Shown here in pieces: positions 25,001-36,080 of a DNA stretch of 64,000 nt (its first letter is position 1; the number at the start of each line of letters is the position of its first letter). Where the stretch lies: the NCBI GenBank assembly GCA_000388065.2, contig KB932202.1. The stretch is one strand, 5' to 3'. The stretch is from Fonticula alba ATCC 38817. Taxonomy: Eukaryota; Protista; Nucleariida. Below the pieces are notes generated by a model. That model had not been told where the DNA came from. It saw nothing but the letters and a program-made list of their open reading frames with translations, and did no database searches. Made by a program: the position numbers and the translations under genes.

Positions 25001-26485
25001 ACGGGTCCGGCCTGCTCAAGCAGGCTGGTGGCGAAGCCCGGCAGGGCTGCCAAACTCCCACGCAGCAGGGAAATCTGAGCATCGGCCCGGCGTTCCACAT
25101 CGTCCGGCACATTGGCCGCCGGGACCGGCGCCTCCGACCGAAGTCCAGAGGCCATGGATGCACGTGCTGGCCGAGTGCCAGCCCCACCCGGGGGGATGGA
25201 ATCTCCCGGGCCAGCTCGGCCATCAAAGCGCAATGCCGGCTGGGTGACATGGATGAAGGCATCCTCCGTCGGCATCGGGCCAAAGGACCCGCCAGCCGAG
25301 TAGGCCGAGGCCCCGAAGGAAGCGCCAAGGGGCGGGACAATGGGCGCGGCTCCGGACAGCCGCGTCCAGCCGGGCCAGTCGCCGGTCATGTCCAGCAGGA
25401 GACCGGCATCGGTCTGGCCGGTGGGCATCGGGACGTTGTTGGTGGTGGCGGTGGTGGCGGTGGTGGCCCCGGGGCCGGTGGTGCCCGGGCCCGGAGCCGG
25501 TCCGAAGGAGTCCACTTCGGCTATGGAAAAGAGGCCACTGCTCCCGGGCGGGATCGACATCAGCAGGGGGTTGGATTCCGAGCCGAGTCGACCGAAATCC
25601 GACGAGGGGGCACCTGGCGCCGTTGGGCCTGGTGGCAGGTGTGACAAGAGTGACTGCCCAAGTCCAAGCGAAGGGTGCACGGCTTCGGCCTTGGTGGCTG
25701 GAGTCGCCGTCGCGGCACCGAAAGGGCCGCCGGCTGGGGTGACAGCCGCTGCCCCGGGCCGCGAAAGGCCCGGGTCCACATCCAGCAGCGAGTGAATTCC
25801 GGTGCCCGAGGCGGTGGCCAGGGGGTCGGCCCCCATGGGCGAGCCCATGACCGAGGAGGTGGCGCTCGCGAAGTGCGACGAGAAGGCACTGGTGCTCGCG
25901 GTGGAGGGATCTGCCGTTGAGGGCCCGCTGGTCGAGGGGACCGACCCGAAGCCCGGGTCGGTGGCGCGAATGGAGTTGCGGATTTCGTTCAGTCGCGCGG
26001 CGAAGTCCTGTGTCAGGGGCGGGGGGCAGGGAGCGGGGGTCAGATTCTTGGGAAGAGGGCAGCAGAAAGGCAGGAGCACTACATGAGGGACCACGCACAG
26101 AGGCTCCAGACGGGGGGGGATGTTCCGGGATATTCAGCCGGAAGTAGTCCCCATTGAGGAGGTGTGGCTGAGCCGGCCGCGTGGACTGGGCCGATGAGGC
26201 TGAACCCGGCCCGGCGCCCAGCGGGTGTGAGTGGGGCAGCGAGTCGGCGCCCATTGTCCCGGAGGCTTGTCCGGAGACGTTCAGATCATCAAAGATCGAT
26301 GTAACCACAGCAACATCGCTCGGGCTGCTGCCGTTTCGGGCCCCGGTGCTGGGATTGGCGCTTGTACTTCCGCCACCGCCACTCCGGGGTGCAGCTGTGG
26401 CCGGCCCGGCCAGCGGGTACCCCCGGGGCAAACCACCGAGCAGCGACGTCAGCGGGGTCCCCTGGTCGAAGAGCCGCGAGGACAT
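22014..26485 (-). CDS. Hypothetical long coiled-coil protein, ~1420 aa, 3 exons
   Basis: Exons 26485-26099, 26007-22387, 22268-22014 (phase 0, GTGCGT donors). Strong GC3 codon bias and heptad-rich Q/E/L/R segments, e.g. LRQRNEQLQEDLVQLRHL and ELERILEENARLKGKISKYK. I recognise no family. A GTGAGT at 22017 could mean one more 3' exon. Confidence 0.75.
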
Positions 26486-28135
26486 GCGGCGGACTTGCAG
26501 CCGCGAGGGCTGTCAGGAGGAGGCGGAGGAGGCGGAGGAGGCGGAGGAAGCGGAGAAAGCGGAGGAGGGGGGGAATTGGCAGGAGACAAGAAGACCAGAG
26601 TGGCTGAGAGGGGGAGGGCAGAAACGGCGAGCCGAAGGGAAAGGAGATGGACGAATAGATGGGAGCAGAGGGGGCGATAGGGAGAGGGGCGGGGGGGGGG
26701 GGGGGGGGAGGAAAAGAGAGGCACGCGCGCGAGAGGGCTGGTGGCAATGTGGAGGAGAGGACCGCTGAGGAGGGCGGAGGAGGGGCTGCTGGATGCGGGC
26801 GGTGGCGCGCCCCAGTGCGGGGGCTCCTGGCTCTTCTCGCGGCCCGGCACCCGCCTGGATGCCTCCGAAGTAACGGGCGAAGGGCCGATCTGCCTGCGGG
26901 GACCACCCCACTCCTCGTCTGCCACCTTCCCCCCTGGTGTGTTGATTGCCAAAGCTTGCATGCACACCATGACAAGCGAAAATGTGGATCTCCCGACAGA
27001 GAAAACCGGTGTATGTGAAAACTGGTTCGGGTACGGGCCAGGAGGGGGGGGGGGGGGGACACAGGCATGGGTCCGTTGGCCGGCAGAGTCGGCACTCCCC
27101 CGCACGCCGGCCACAAACACGGCCCGCGAACCGATGGAACCGGGGGAGCAAGCGCGGGCGGAAAAACGGGTGCTGGCGAATTTGTATTCGGGAACGTGAC
27201 GTGTCAGCTGAGTGTCGCGTGACTCGCGGAATGGCGCGTTGTGGGCCGTAAAACGCTCTGGCTGGTCCATATTGACCCACAACTGTGACCCCTCCCCCCG
27301 GGGGCCCATGCCCTGGGTCCTGGGGGTTGATTAGTGCCGGCTGGAGCGCGCGCCGGACGAGACACGCATGCCCACATGCGTGCCAGTGCCGGGCTTCGTG
27401 ACGCGTTACCCACCGGTCCTGCGACCGTAGTGCCGGAGGCCGGTCACCCGCTGGCTGCCATCCGCCATGTCGGCGCTTCGGCACACCCGACCCAGGCCCA
27501 AGCCGTCGTTGGTCCGCCTCCCGGTGAGACGGCGCCCTGGGCACGCCGGGGGGGGGGGGGGGTGTTGGGCGGGTGTTGGGGGGGGGAAGGAGGGCAGAGG
27601 AGGCTGCCGCTGGAGGATGCCGCGTGGTCGACGTAGATTGCTGTATCCCGGCGGCGGGGGGCGATCGGTCGGGCCGAGGCGAGCCCCCGCCGAGCCGCGG
27701 CCGGCAAGTAGACACGACCGATGGCCGGTCGGTGTCGGCCGGCAGAGGTGGAAATCTTCCCCCCTGGTCCGAACGAAGCAGCGCCAGCGTGTGCGCCGCG
27801 GCCTGTGGCGCTCGTCGCGCGCCTTCCCGCCCCTCGGCACTGAGGCCCTGTGTCGATCGGGCTTTATCCAAAAGAAACCGCATCTCGGAACTCGAGCCCC
27901 CCGAGGCTCCGGCATCGGCTTCCCTCTTTCCCACTCGTCGCACGAACACGTATCCTGACCCGGGCCTTTTGCGCGCCTTTTCTCCTGCCTGTGCTAGCCC
28001 CACGCTGTCCATTTCACTGGGACCTGCCCCCGGTGCTTTCTCTCGCCACGCTAACTCCCTCTTGATCGCCCTTTCGGCTTCCCCCTCACTTGCCGGTCGG
28101 CCTCCAGGAAAGACCATTCACGGAGAAGCGCAAAG

Positions 28136-31100
28136 ATGTCGGCCCCCTCCCGTAACATGGGCTCCAAGCTCCCTCTCTTGATGACCACGGTGGCCGCGGC
28201 CGGCCTGGCCGGCGTCGGCCTGGCCGTGTGGAACACCCCGAAGAAGTACCCGGCAGTCTTCAACCGCAGCGGCTCCGCACACCACCATGCGCACCACCAC
28301 GCCTACCAGCCGGCCACCATGGACACATACATGAATTACCACCCGGCGTCGATGGCCAACCAGCATGCCCTGCCGATGCAGCCGGGCCACTCGCCCGCCC
28401 TGGCCACCCAGCAGCAGCAACAGCGCCCGGCCATGATGACCCCCCAGGCCATGCCGGCCCAGGCTCGGCCCGCTCCCGCCGGGGCGTACGCCCAACAGGC
28501 CACCCCCGGCCCGAGTGCGACCCCCATGCCGGCCCAGACCCGGGGCTACCCGGCGCATGTGCGCGAGGGCATCGAGAGCGGCATGCGCTCTTCCGCGACG
28601 GCGGCGGCGGCGGCAACCGGCTCCGGAGTGCAGTATGTCCCTTCGTACTATTCCGAGTCGGCTGCCCCCATGCAGGCCGCCGGTCCGGGAGCCGCCATGC
28701 GTCGGATGGAGAACTCCAACCAGCTGCCAAACACCCTGGGCTCGCTGGACTGCGCCAGCCAGCCCATCCAGAATGTGGCCGAGCCTGTGTACGCACACCC
28801 TCGGTCAAAGTCGCCCCCCCCCCTCTCTCCCCCCTCCCCCTCGCTTGGGGCCCTCTCTCTTGATGGCCCTTTTTCCGGGGCCCCTTTTTCTTGCCCATCC
28901 CTGGGCTCACCCTGCCGCCGGTGTTGCGCCCGGTCATGTTCGCTGCTGCCTCCGCCTTTCGGGCTCCCGCGCACCAGCGAGCCCCCCCCCCCCGCTCGCC
29001 CTCATGTCACTGACCCCAGCCGACCCCCGACATGCTCCAGGGACAACTTCGCCCCCCAGGACTCCCTGGTCCATGTCCAAGCGGATGGCCGTCCGGGCTC
29101 GGTCCCGGCCACCTACGAAGCCTGGAGCAAGGGCCAGCCCGAGGAGCCCGGCTACCGTGGCTACCTGAACCGCGCGGCCGAGCGGGCCGCCGACGACGCC
29201 CAGGTGGGCTACCCGACCGAGGGCAGCCTGACAGCCGCCTTTCGCCGCGCCGGGGACGCCATCAAGTCCACCTTCTCCGAGACCATCGAGGCGCCAACCT
29301 ACTTCCGGGACTTCTTCACGGGCGAGGACGCCGCCCAGCAGGTGGTCCCCACCGGGGCCCCGGTGTCCCGGTGGGCCGGCTTCAAGGACCGGCTGGCGCA
29401 TTTGCGCGATGACCGGCCCAGCAGCCGGCCCGGCATGCTGGAGGCCCTGAGCGCCGAGGCCAACCAGGCCGCCGACCGGGCCTACGCCGACTGGCACCAC
29501 GCCAAGGGCCGGCTGCTTGAGGAGCTCGGCCGGCTGGAGACCAAGCTTTCCGGCATCTCCGACCGCTTGGTGACCCTCGGCTCGTCGACGTCCACCATGA
29601 ATGAGAGCACCCTGCCCACGTCCCGGCGCCTGGAGGCCGAGTTGCGCGAGGACATCAAGCGCATGAAGGCCAGCATCGATGAGGCCGCTCGCCAGGCCGG
29701 GCAGAACATCGCCCGCATCGGGACCGGCGGCAGCCTTGAGGCTCGCCGGGCGGAGGCCCGCCTGCAGGAGGAGATCCGCCGCAGCTCGGCCGCCCTGCAG
29801 GGGGAGCTCGACAGCATGGGAAAGAGCTGGCTGTCGCATGTCCAGCGGGACTTGGACACCCTGCGCAAGGCGGCCGACCAGCGGTCCCTGGCCGAGGCGG
29901 CCCGCCGGGCGGAGGATCGTGCCCACTTGGGCACCGCACAGGCGGCCGAGGCCATGCAGGAGACGGCTCGCGCCGCGCGGGCCTCCGTCAGCACCGCCAT
30001 GGACCGGGCCTCTTCCGGCATTGACCGGGCCGCGAGCAAGGCCGCCGACACGGCCGAGAGCCTGGTGCGCTCCGGCCGCCAGGCGGTGGAGGAGGTCCAG
30101 ACGGCTGCCGCCGGCATGGTCGCCGGGGCCGCCGGCGGCGTGGCCACGGCCGCCAATGCCGTGGCGGAGGCCGCCTCCAAGACCGCCGCCGCGGTGGCCC
30201 CGGCCCCGGCCCCGGCCCCGAGCCTGTGGGAACGCATCATCGGCAGTGCCCCGGAGCCGCGCAGCGTCCGGGACCCGGAGCATGAGGCCCAGCATGCCCG
30301 GGCCGAGGCCGAGGCCGCGCTGCGTCGCCAGGCCACCGAGCACAAGCACCAGGCGCAGGCCATCTCGGCCGAGGCCAAGGCCGCTCAGATCAACGAGCAC
30401 CATGCCCTGGAGGCCATGGAGGAGGCGCGGCGCCTGCAGCAGCAGTCCCACGAGCTGGCGGCCGGCCATCACCACGCCCCCGCCGGCGGCCCGGTTCACA
30501 TGCCCCCCTCGGGCGGCATGGCCTCGACGGCGGTCTACCAGCCGCTGTCGGCCAGCCCCAGCCCGGGGATGATGCCAGTGGCCCCGGTGTCCCCCGGCCG
30601 GGCACACACCGCCGAGGAGGCCCGCCAGGCGGTCGAGCGCCAGCGTGCCCTGGATCTGGCAGCCGACGAGAAGGAGCGCACTTTGCGCGAGAGCCTGGCC
30701 GAGGCCGGCCACCAGCAGACCCTCGCGCGCCAGGCACAGCGCTCGCAGAATGAGGCCTTCCGCCAGACGCTGGAGTATGACCTGTCGCCGAAGGAGGCCG
30801 ATCGCCTGCGCGAATCGGTCAGCAAGGCCGAGCGCGAGGCCACTGTGGCCCGGGAAAAGTACATGGCCGCCCTGGATCGCGAGAAGCGCGAGCAGGCCCG
30901 CTGGTCGGAGGCCACCCGGCGCCGGGCCATCCAGGAACGCGAGGCCATCCAAGCGGCCGAGGCGGCGGCCCTGGCCAAGAACCGCGGCCAGGCGGCCGCC
31001 CTCGCCGCCGCGCAGACCGCCGCCACCTGGCAGAAGCTCGAGCAGGAGGCCCTGATCTCCGAGTCGAAGGCCCTGGAAGCGGCGCGTATCCTGTCGGAGG

Positions 31101-32884
31101 CCAAGGACGCGGCCCTGCGTCGGGCCCGTGCCGAGCATGATTTGGCCCAGGTCCGTCAGCAGGCGGTTCGCGAGGCGGCCCAGCGCGAGGCCGAGGCCAA
31201 GCGCCTGGCCAGCGCCATTTCCGAGGTGAAGGGCGATGCCCTGCGCCGGCTGAGCAGCTCGGAGAAGGCCCTGGCCAGCGAGCTGTCCAAGCACCAGACC
31301 GAGTACGAGCGCACCCTCAAGCAGCTGGAGGCCCAGAAGCGCGCCAATGAGGAGGCCCTGCTCCGCGAGCGTGAGGCCCTCGAATCGGGCAAGCGTCAGG
31401 CCGCCGCTCGAGCCACCTCCCAGCAGGAGATCGCCCGGCTGGAGCGGGCCGCCGCGGACATCCGCCAGCGCGAGGACCTCACCCGCCAGCAGATGGCCCT
31501 CACGGCTCGGCAGCGCAAGGACCTCCTGGATGAGGCGGCCTCGCGCGAGGCTCGCGCCTTGAAGACCGCCGAGATGGAGCACGCCACCCGGGTGGAGCTG
31601 GTCCGCCAATCGGAGGAGGTGGAGGCGCGCGTGCGCCAGAACGAACTGCGTGACGCCCAGGAGCGCGCTCGCCTGGAGGAGCAGGCCCGCATTGCTCGGG
31701 CCGAGGCGGAGGAGAAGAATCGCGCCCTGCGCCGGGCCACCGACGCCGCCCCGACCATGGTCGGCACCGGCTCCACCGTGGCCGCCGCCCCGATCGGGCC
31801 CACCACCGTGGCCGAGAAGCCCAAGCGCTGGAGCCTCTTCAAGTGGCGCAAGGAGGACCCCCCGGCCGCCGAGGTGATCGCTGCCCCGATGCCGGGGGTG
31901 GCCGTGCCGCCGCTGGCCAAGACCGCCGGCGCTTCATCGGTCGTCGCCCCGGCCACTGGCATTGCCACCGCCACCACCGCCGGCGCCGGCGCCGCCGCCG
32001 CCGCCAAGAAGACCACCACCGATGAGCAAATCGCCGCGGCCGTGAAAGCGGTCGAGACCCAGGCCCGGCGCTTTGACACTCGCCGTGTGTGCTCGCAGCT
32101 CCCGGGCGGCGTGACGCAATGCCTCCTGCTGGAGGAGACGCCCGGCCGGCCGGTTGGCACGGGCTCCCGGTGCCTGGGCGTGGAATACGTCATCAAGGAG
32201 GACACCTTCGCCCGGCTGCCGCTCGGCGAAAAGGTGCGGGCTCGTGGACACTCGCAAGTAAGGCAGGGGGGGGGGGGAGAGAGAGTTGCTTTAGTGTGCC
32301 GCGCCACAGGGGGGTTGGGAGAATTGGTGGATTGTCCACAGGCGGGCGACAATGCGGGCGGTCTGAAGAAGGGGCTGTGTGATGAAGACCCGTGCGCCGA
32401 GGGCGGCAATTCGGCCAGGCAACAAAAGAGAGAGGGGCGCTTGCTGACATATCCTCCTGGCCACTCGCTCCTTGCCTCTTGGTGGGGTGACAACCTCACC
32501 TGCGGCGCGGGACGGACCAACACCCCCCCCCCCCCCCCCCCCCCCCGCACCCCGCCTGCTCCTCAGAACCTGTGGCAGCGCCGCGCTGATGGCACCTTCG
32601 CAAAGACCATTGGAACGTGGCCGGTGCACTCGGACGCCTACACCAACGGAGATGCCTTGGCTCATAATGTCCCGCTCGGCATGCCCCAGATGCTGCAAAT
32701 GACCGCCCACAAGGCGGACTCGGCCACGGTCAAGACGATGCCCGCGCCCAGCCACGAGCCCCTGTACTCCGGCGGCAACACGCGCCTCGGCAAGCACTCA
32801 GACATTGCGGGTGATGCGTGGGCCGGCGGCGCCGCCCACAGCGGCGGAATGGGCACCCCGGAGGGCGGCGCCCGGACCATGTGA
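28136..32884 (+). CDS. Large Ala-rich LEA-like/coiled-coil protein with an N-terminal hydrophobic anchor and a C-terminal degenerate DUF1264 (oil-body-associated protein-like) domain, ~1387 aa, 3 exons
   Basis: Exons 28136-28788, 29041-32233, 32567-32884 (donors GTACGC and GTGCGG, poly-C introns). N-terminal segment LLMTTVAAAGLAGVGLAVW. The spliced C-terminus reads VCSQLPGGVTQCLLLEE..CLGVEYVIKEDTFARLPLGEK|NLW..KTIGTW..VPLGMPQML, matching the DUF1264 pattern C..QC..D..LIG.EY.I...F..LP..E..LW...LPLG.P.LM. Confidence 0.8.
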   Translation: MSAPSRNMGSKLPLLMTTVAAAGLAGVGLAVWNTPKKYPAVFNRSGSAHHHAHHHAYQPATMDTYMNYHPASMANQHALPMQPGHSPALATQQQQQRPAMMTPQAMPAQARPAPAGAYAQQATPGPSATPMPAQTRGYPAHVREGIESGMRSSATAAAAATGSGVQYVPSYYSESAAPMQAAGPGAAMRRMENSNQLPNTLGSLDCASQPIQNVAEPVYAHPRSKSPPPLSPPSPSLGALSLDGPFSGAPFSCPSLGSPCRRCCARSCSLLPPPFGLPRTSEPPPPARPHVTDPSRPPTCSRDNFAPQDSLVHVQADGRPGSVPATYEAWSKGQPEEPGYRGYLNRAAERAADDAQVGYPTEGSLTAAFRRAGDAIKSTFSETIEAPTYFRDFFTGEDAAQQVVPTGAPVSRWAGFKDRLAHLRDDRPSSRPGMLEALSAEANQAADRAYADWHHAKGRLLEELGRLETKLSGISDRLVTLGSSTSTMNESTLPTSRRLEAELREDIKRMKASIDEAARQAGQNIARIGTGGSLEARRAEARLQEEIRRSSAALQGELDSMGKSWLSHVQRDLDTLRKAADQRSLAEAARRAEDRAHLGTAQAAEAMQETARAARASVSTAMDRASSGIDRAASKAADTAESLVRSGRQAVEEVQTAAAGMVAGAAGGVATAANAVAEAASKTAAAVAPAPAPAPSLWERIIGSAPEPRSVRDPEHEAQHARAEAEAALRRQATEHKHQAQAISAEAKAAQINEHHALEAMEEARRLQQQSHELAAGHHHAPAGGPVHMPPSGGMASTAVYQPLSASPSPGMMPVAPVSPGRAHTAEEARQAVERQRALDLAADEKERTLRESLAEAGHQQTLARQAQRSQNEAFRQTLEYDLSPKEADRLRESVSKAEREATVAREKYMAALDREKREQARWSEATRRRAIQEREAIQAAEAAALAKNRGQAAALAAAQTAATWQKLEQEALISESKALEAARILSEAKDAALRRARAEHDLAQVRQQAVREAAQREAEAKRLASAISEVKGDALRRLSSSEKALASELSKHQTEYERTLKQLEAQKRANEEALLREREALESGKRQAAARATSQQEIARLERAAADIRQREDLTRQQMALTARQRKDLLDEAASREARALKTAEMEHATRVELVRQSEEVEARVRQNELRDAQERARLEEQARIARAEAEEKNRALRRATDAAPTMVGTGSTVAAAPIGPTTVAEKPKRWSLFKWRKEDPPAAEVIAAPMPGVAVPPLAKTAGASSVVAPATGIATATTAGAGAAAAAKKTTTDEQIAAAVKAVETQARRFDTRRVCSQLPGGVTQCLLLEETPGRPVGTGSRCLGVEYVIKEDTFARLPLGEKVRARGHSQVRQGGGGERVALVCRATGGLGELVDCPQAGDNAGGLKKGLCDEDPCAEGGNSARQQKREGRLLTYPPGHSLLASWWGDNLTCGAGRTNTPPPPPPPRTPPAPQNLWQRRADGTFAKTIGTWPVHSDAYTNGDALAHNVPLGMPQMLQMTAHKADSATVKTMPAPSHEPLYSGGNTRLGKHSDIAGDAWAGGAAHSGGMGTPEGGARTM

Positions 32885-34362
32885 GAGAAGCCCGGCCGCT
32901 CGCGCGTCCAGCCACAGTCTCCCCCGGCCAAGCACCGACCGGCCTCCACGAACCCGGCCCGGCTCGCGCCCCACCCGGCCCGCGCCACCCCCGAGCCTAA
33001 GCATCCATTGAAAGGGATGGGGGGTGGGTGGTGCGAGAGGGGAAAAAGTAGGCAGGCCAAAAGTCGGGCTGACTGGCGGCCGTGCCTCTTCACGGAAGAG
33101 GCGGCCCCCCTGAGCAAATATGAGGGCTTTTTTATGCATGTAAGAGAACAAGCGAGAGTCCGAGGGCAAGTGAGCAAAAAAAAACACGACAAGCACAAGA
33201 TCGAGGAGTATATGGGCGTCTTTTGCCCGGCGGGGGGGGGGGGGGGAGGCTCTCGTGAAGTGAGCAGAGGACACAGGTCCCGTGGAGGACGCCACTCTCG
33301 AGTGGCTAGGCCCCTGGCTCTCCCCGCACACGCGACCCGCCTCTCCTTTTGCCCTCGGTGGATGGTGGCTGTTGGGCCAGAATTGGCGCCTATCACCCCG
33401 AGAAGAATGCCAAGTTGATGCCGTGTGCCTCCTTCGGGGGGGGGGGGGGGGGCGTGCGCCCCCTCGGGGGTTGGAATACACCTACACCATGTCTCAACAG
33501 CCAAGACGCTCCTCGGGGGAGGGGGCTAGACGGGGACCGGCCCATGCTCTGGCAGACACAGGAAGGGGGGACATCGGGAAAGGCATGTGCGCTGGGAAGG
33601 GGAAGGAGCTGATAGATTTATATGATACAGGCACTGGGCTTCAAAGTGTGGCTGCGTGGTGGCGCACACACAGACCACCGAAGAGGACAGAGGGTATGGC
33701 TGGAGCAGAGGCCGAAGGGGCGACAAAGACGGGGAGGCAGAGAGAGAGAGAGAGAGAGAGAAAGGAGGGAAGAAGAGCAGTGTGGCCAACATGTGGGCAA
33801 GTTGCTTCTGTTTCCGGTGATCTTGTCACCCCTCTTCTCCGTGGCTCGTTATCTTTTCTTTTTTTCTTTTTTCATTAAACGGCACGTGTCACGCTTGGAG
33901 ACGTTGCCGACGTCAGGTAACAACAAGGGCAAGAAGAAGGAGGGGGAGGGGCAGGGGGGGGGGGGGGGGGGCGGGGGGGGGGGGGGGGGGGGGGGGAGAG
34001 CGCGCGGGAGCGGATGCACACGCACAGCTTTATGCCAGACAACCCCTCAGTCGCCCGATCCGTCCTCANNNNNNNNNNNNNNNNNNNNNNNNNNNNNNNN
34101 NNNNNNNNNNNNNNNNNNNNNNNNNNNNNNNNNNNNNNNNNNNNNNNNNGGATGTTTCTCAAGGTCAAGGCCGGAAGGGGGAGAGGGAGAGACCAGGAGA
34201 CAGAGCGCGGGATCGGCCTACGCTGGCCTCCATGGATGCCCTCTCGTATGACATCCCTCAATGATTCCGGCAGCTGTAGGGGAGGGGGGGGGGGGCGCGG
34301 GCAGGGAGAGCAAGGGGGAGGGGAGGGGAGAGGGGAGACAGGGCTCCCCTGCAGCCGGGCTC

Positions 34363-36044
34363 TCACATGAGGGGCAGATCGCGAGTCTCGCGCTGGCCGA
34401 TGGGCGTGTCACGCCAGATGTTCAGAAGGCGGTCCAGCTGCTCGCCGGTCTCACGGTGCGCCGGGAGGAAAATGTCTCGCGGGATGTCCCGCGGCTTGCC
34501 GTTCTCATCCAAGTCGGCCACCTCTTTGAAGGTTTGGAGGAGCTTTTGCCGCACATGGCCGGGGATGTTGATCTCGAAGGGGGAGTTGGTCATGATGAAT
34601 TGGTCCCGCATGTCCAGCACCTCGTCGTAGCGTTGCATCGGGGTCATGCGCTTGTAATTATCGAGGAACCGCAGGGACCGAGTGTGGAACAGGTGGATCT
34701 CCGCACACCAGGACTCGATGCAGAAGTGCTCAAAGTGCATGGCCGGCCCGGGGAAGTGCCGGAAGGTCTCGAAGTCAAAGAGCCCGGTCTTGGAGCGGCC
34801 ACTCTCAAGATGGCCCTCGATGTCCGGGTTCAAGTGCATGCGGTTGCGACTGTGGTGGAAGAAGGGAAAATGATTGAGCGTAGGTGGCCGCCCCGCCCCC
34901 CGTGGCTGAGTCAGTGTCCGATGGCATGGTGAACATGAAAATGAGAGGGTGGGGAGGGAGGGTGGGGAGGGAGGAAGGAGGACAATCGGAAAGAGGGGTG
35001 CTTGCCCCGTCCCGCTGCCATTGCCCTCCCCCCCCCCCCCCCCCCCCGCCTCCCCCCTGCCCCGCTCGCAGCCGGTGTGCTGTCGGGATTCTACGCACGT
35101 CAGCCTCTTGTAGAAAGGTAGGTAGGATAGGACCACGGGGAAGATGACAATCAGGAGGTTGTTGAAGGCCGTCAGGAAGATGGCGATGATGTCGGCCCGG
35201 AACCAGCCAGCTGCACCGGACACCGCGGCCGTGCCCCACAGGACCGCCAACACGAAAGAGGTGGAGGTATTGATCAGGAGCTCCTGCTTGATGCGGTACA
35301 CGTCGCGCGAAGACCACACCAGGAAGACACAGCCGGCGATCAGAGGCACGAAGATGATGATTTCCAGGATGACCACATACATGGCACCATAGATGCAGGT
35401 GTCCAGGGAAGTGTCGAAGTCGGAGAAGCTCACATCAATGGTGCTGAGGATTGGCAAGCGGGGGTGGGGTGGGGGGGGGTGGGGGTGGGGGGTCAGGACA
35501 AGGACAGGCGGATGGAAAGAGGGGGAGACAAAAAGCCCCGTGGAAAGGCAGGTGCCGGACAGAGGGGCAAAAGGCAGCACCACATCGCGGTAGCTGGGGG
35601 GCAAACGCACAGGAAGAGGGCCGTCAGCATGAGACCCAATGACACGAGGTTGGCCACGGTGAAGAGGATGGCCTGGTTGCGGGAGGTCTGGAGCCACTTG
35701 ATCACGGCAAAGCGATAGGTCTTGCGGAAGGTGATGGCCTCATTCAGCTCCTGTGCCAACTCCTGCTTGAGCTTGTAGATGTTGACCGTGCTGCCATCCT
35801 GCAGGGCGGCCACCTCGGCCAGGCTCAGCCGCGAGGAGGCCCAGCCAGGGCGGGCTGACTCGGGGAGGTGGAAGACGAGGAGGTCGCATCCATGCTGAGG
35901 GAACTGCTGGTGTCGGTCAAGGGCTCCGGCGTGGCGCAGGTGTCCATGCCCCCGGGCGAGGGGGGAACCTGGGCATGCGAATCGGCCGGGAGGGTGGCCT
36001 GCGCGGAGCCCATGGTCTTCATCGGATGGGCCTCCTGCCGGGAG

Positions 36045-36080
<36 letters not shown>

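Noticed and set aside
26513-28117. 534-aa minus-strand ORF between the coiled-coil and DUF1264 genes
   Set aside because: The Pro/Arg/Ala-rich translation runs through poly-C tracts with no codon bias or motif. It lies in a divergent promoter region and is expected by chance at this GC content.
28934-31609. 891-aa antisense ORF, and similar long antisense ORFs at 15815-18076, 44585-46690, 49342-50739, 52977-55205 and 3822-5306
   Set aside because: These are shadow ORFs on the opposite strand of genes with very high GC3. They have no motifs and fully overlap well-supported CDSs.
32379-32450. Possible intronic box C/D snoRNA (GTGATGA ... CTGA)
   Set aside because: Only about 2 bp of terminal stem, and I could not identify an rRNA-complementary guide. 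An Infernal or snoscan search would be needed.
35594-35610. Apparent 17-nt micro-intron GTGCGT...CCCAG in the 7TM-RGS gene
   Set aside because: The same donor joins in phase to a normal acceptor at 35444 (167-nt intron with CTGAC and poly-C), giving a continuous TM4-ECL2 sequence.
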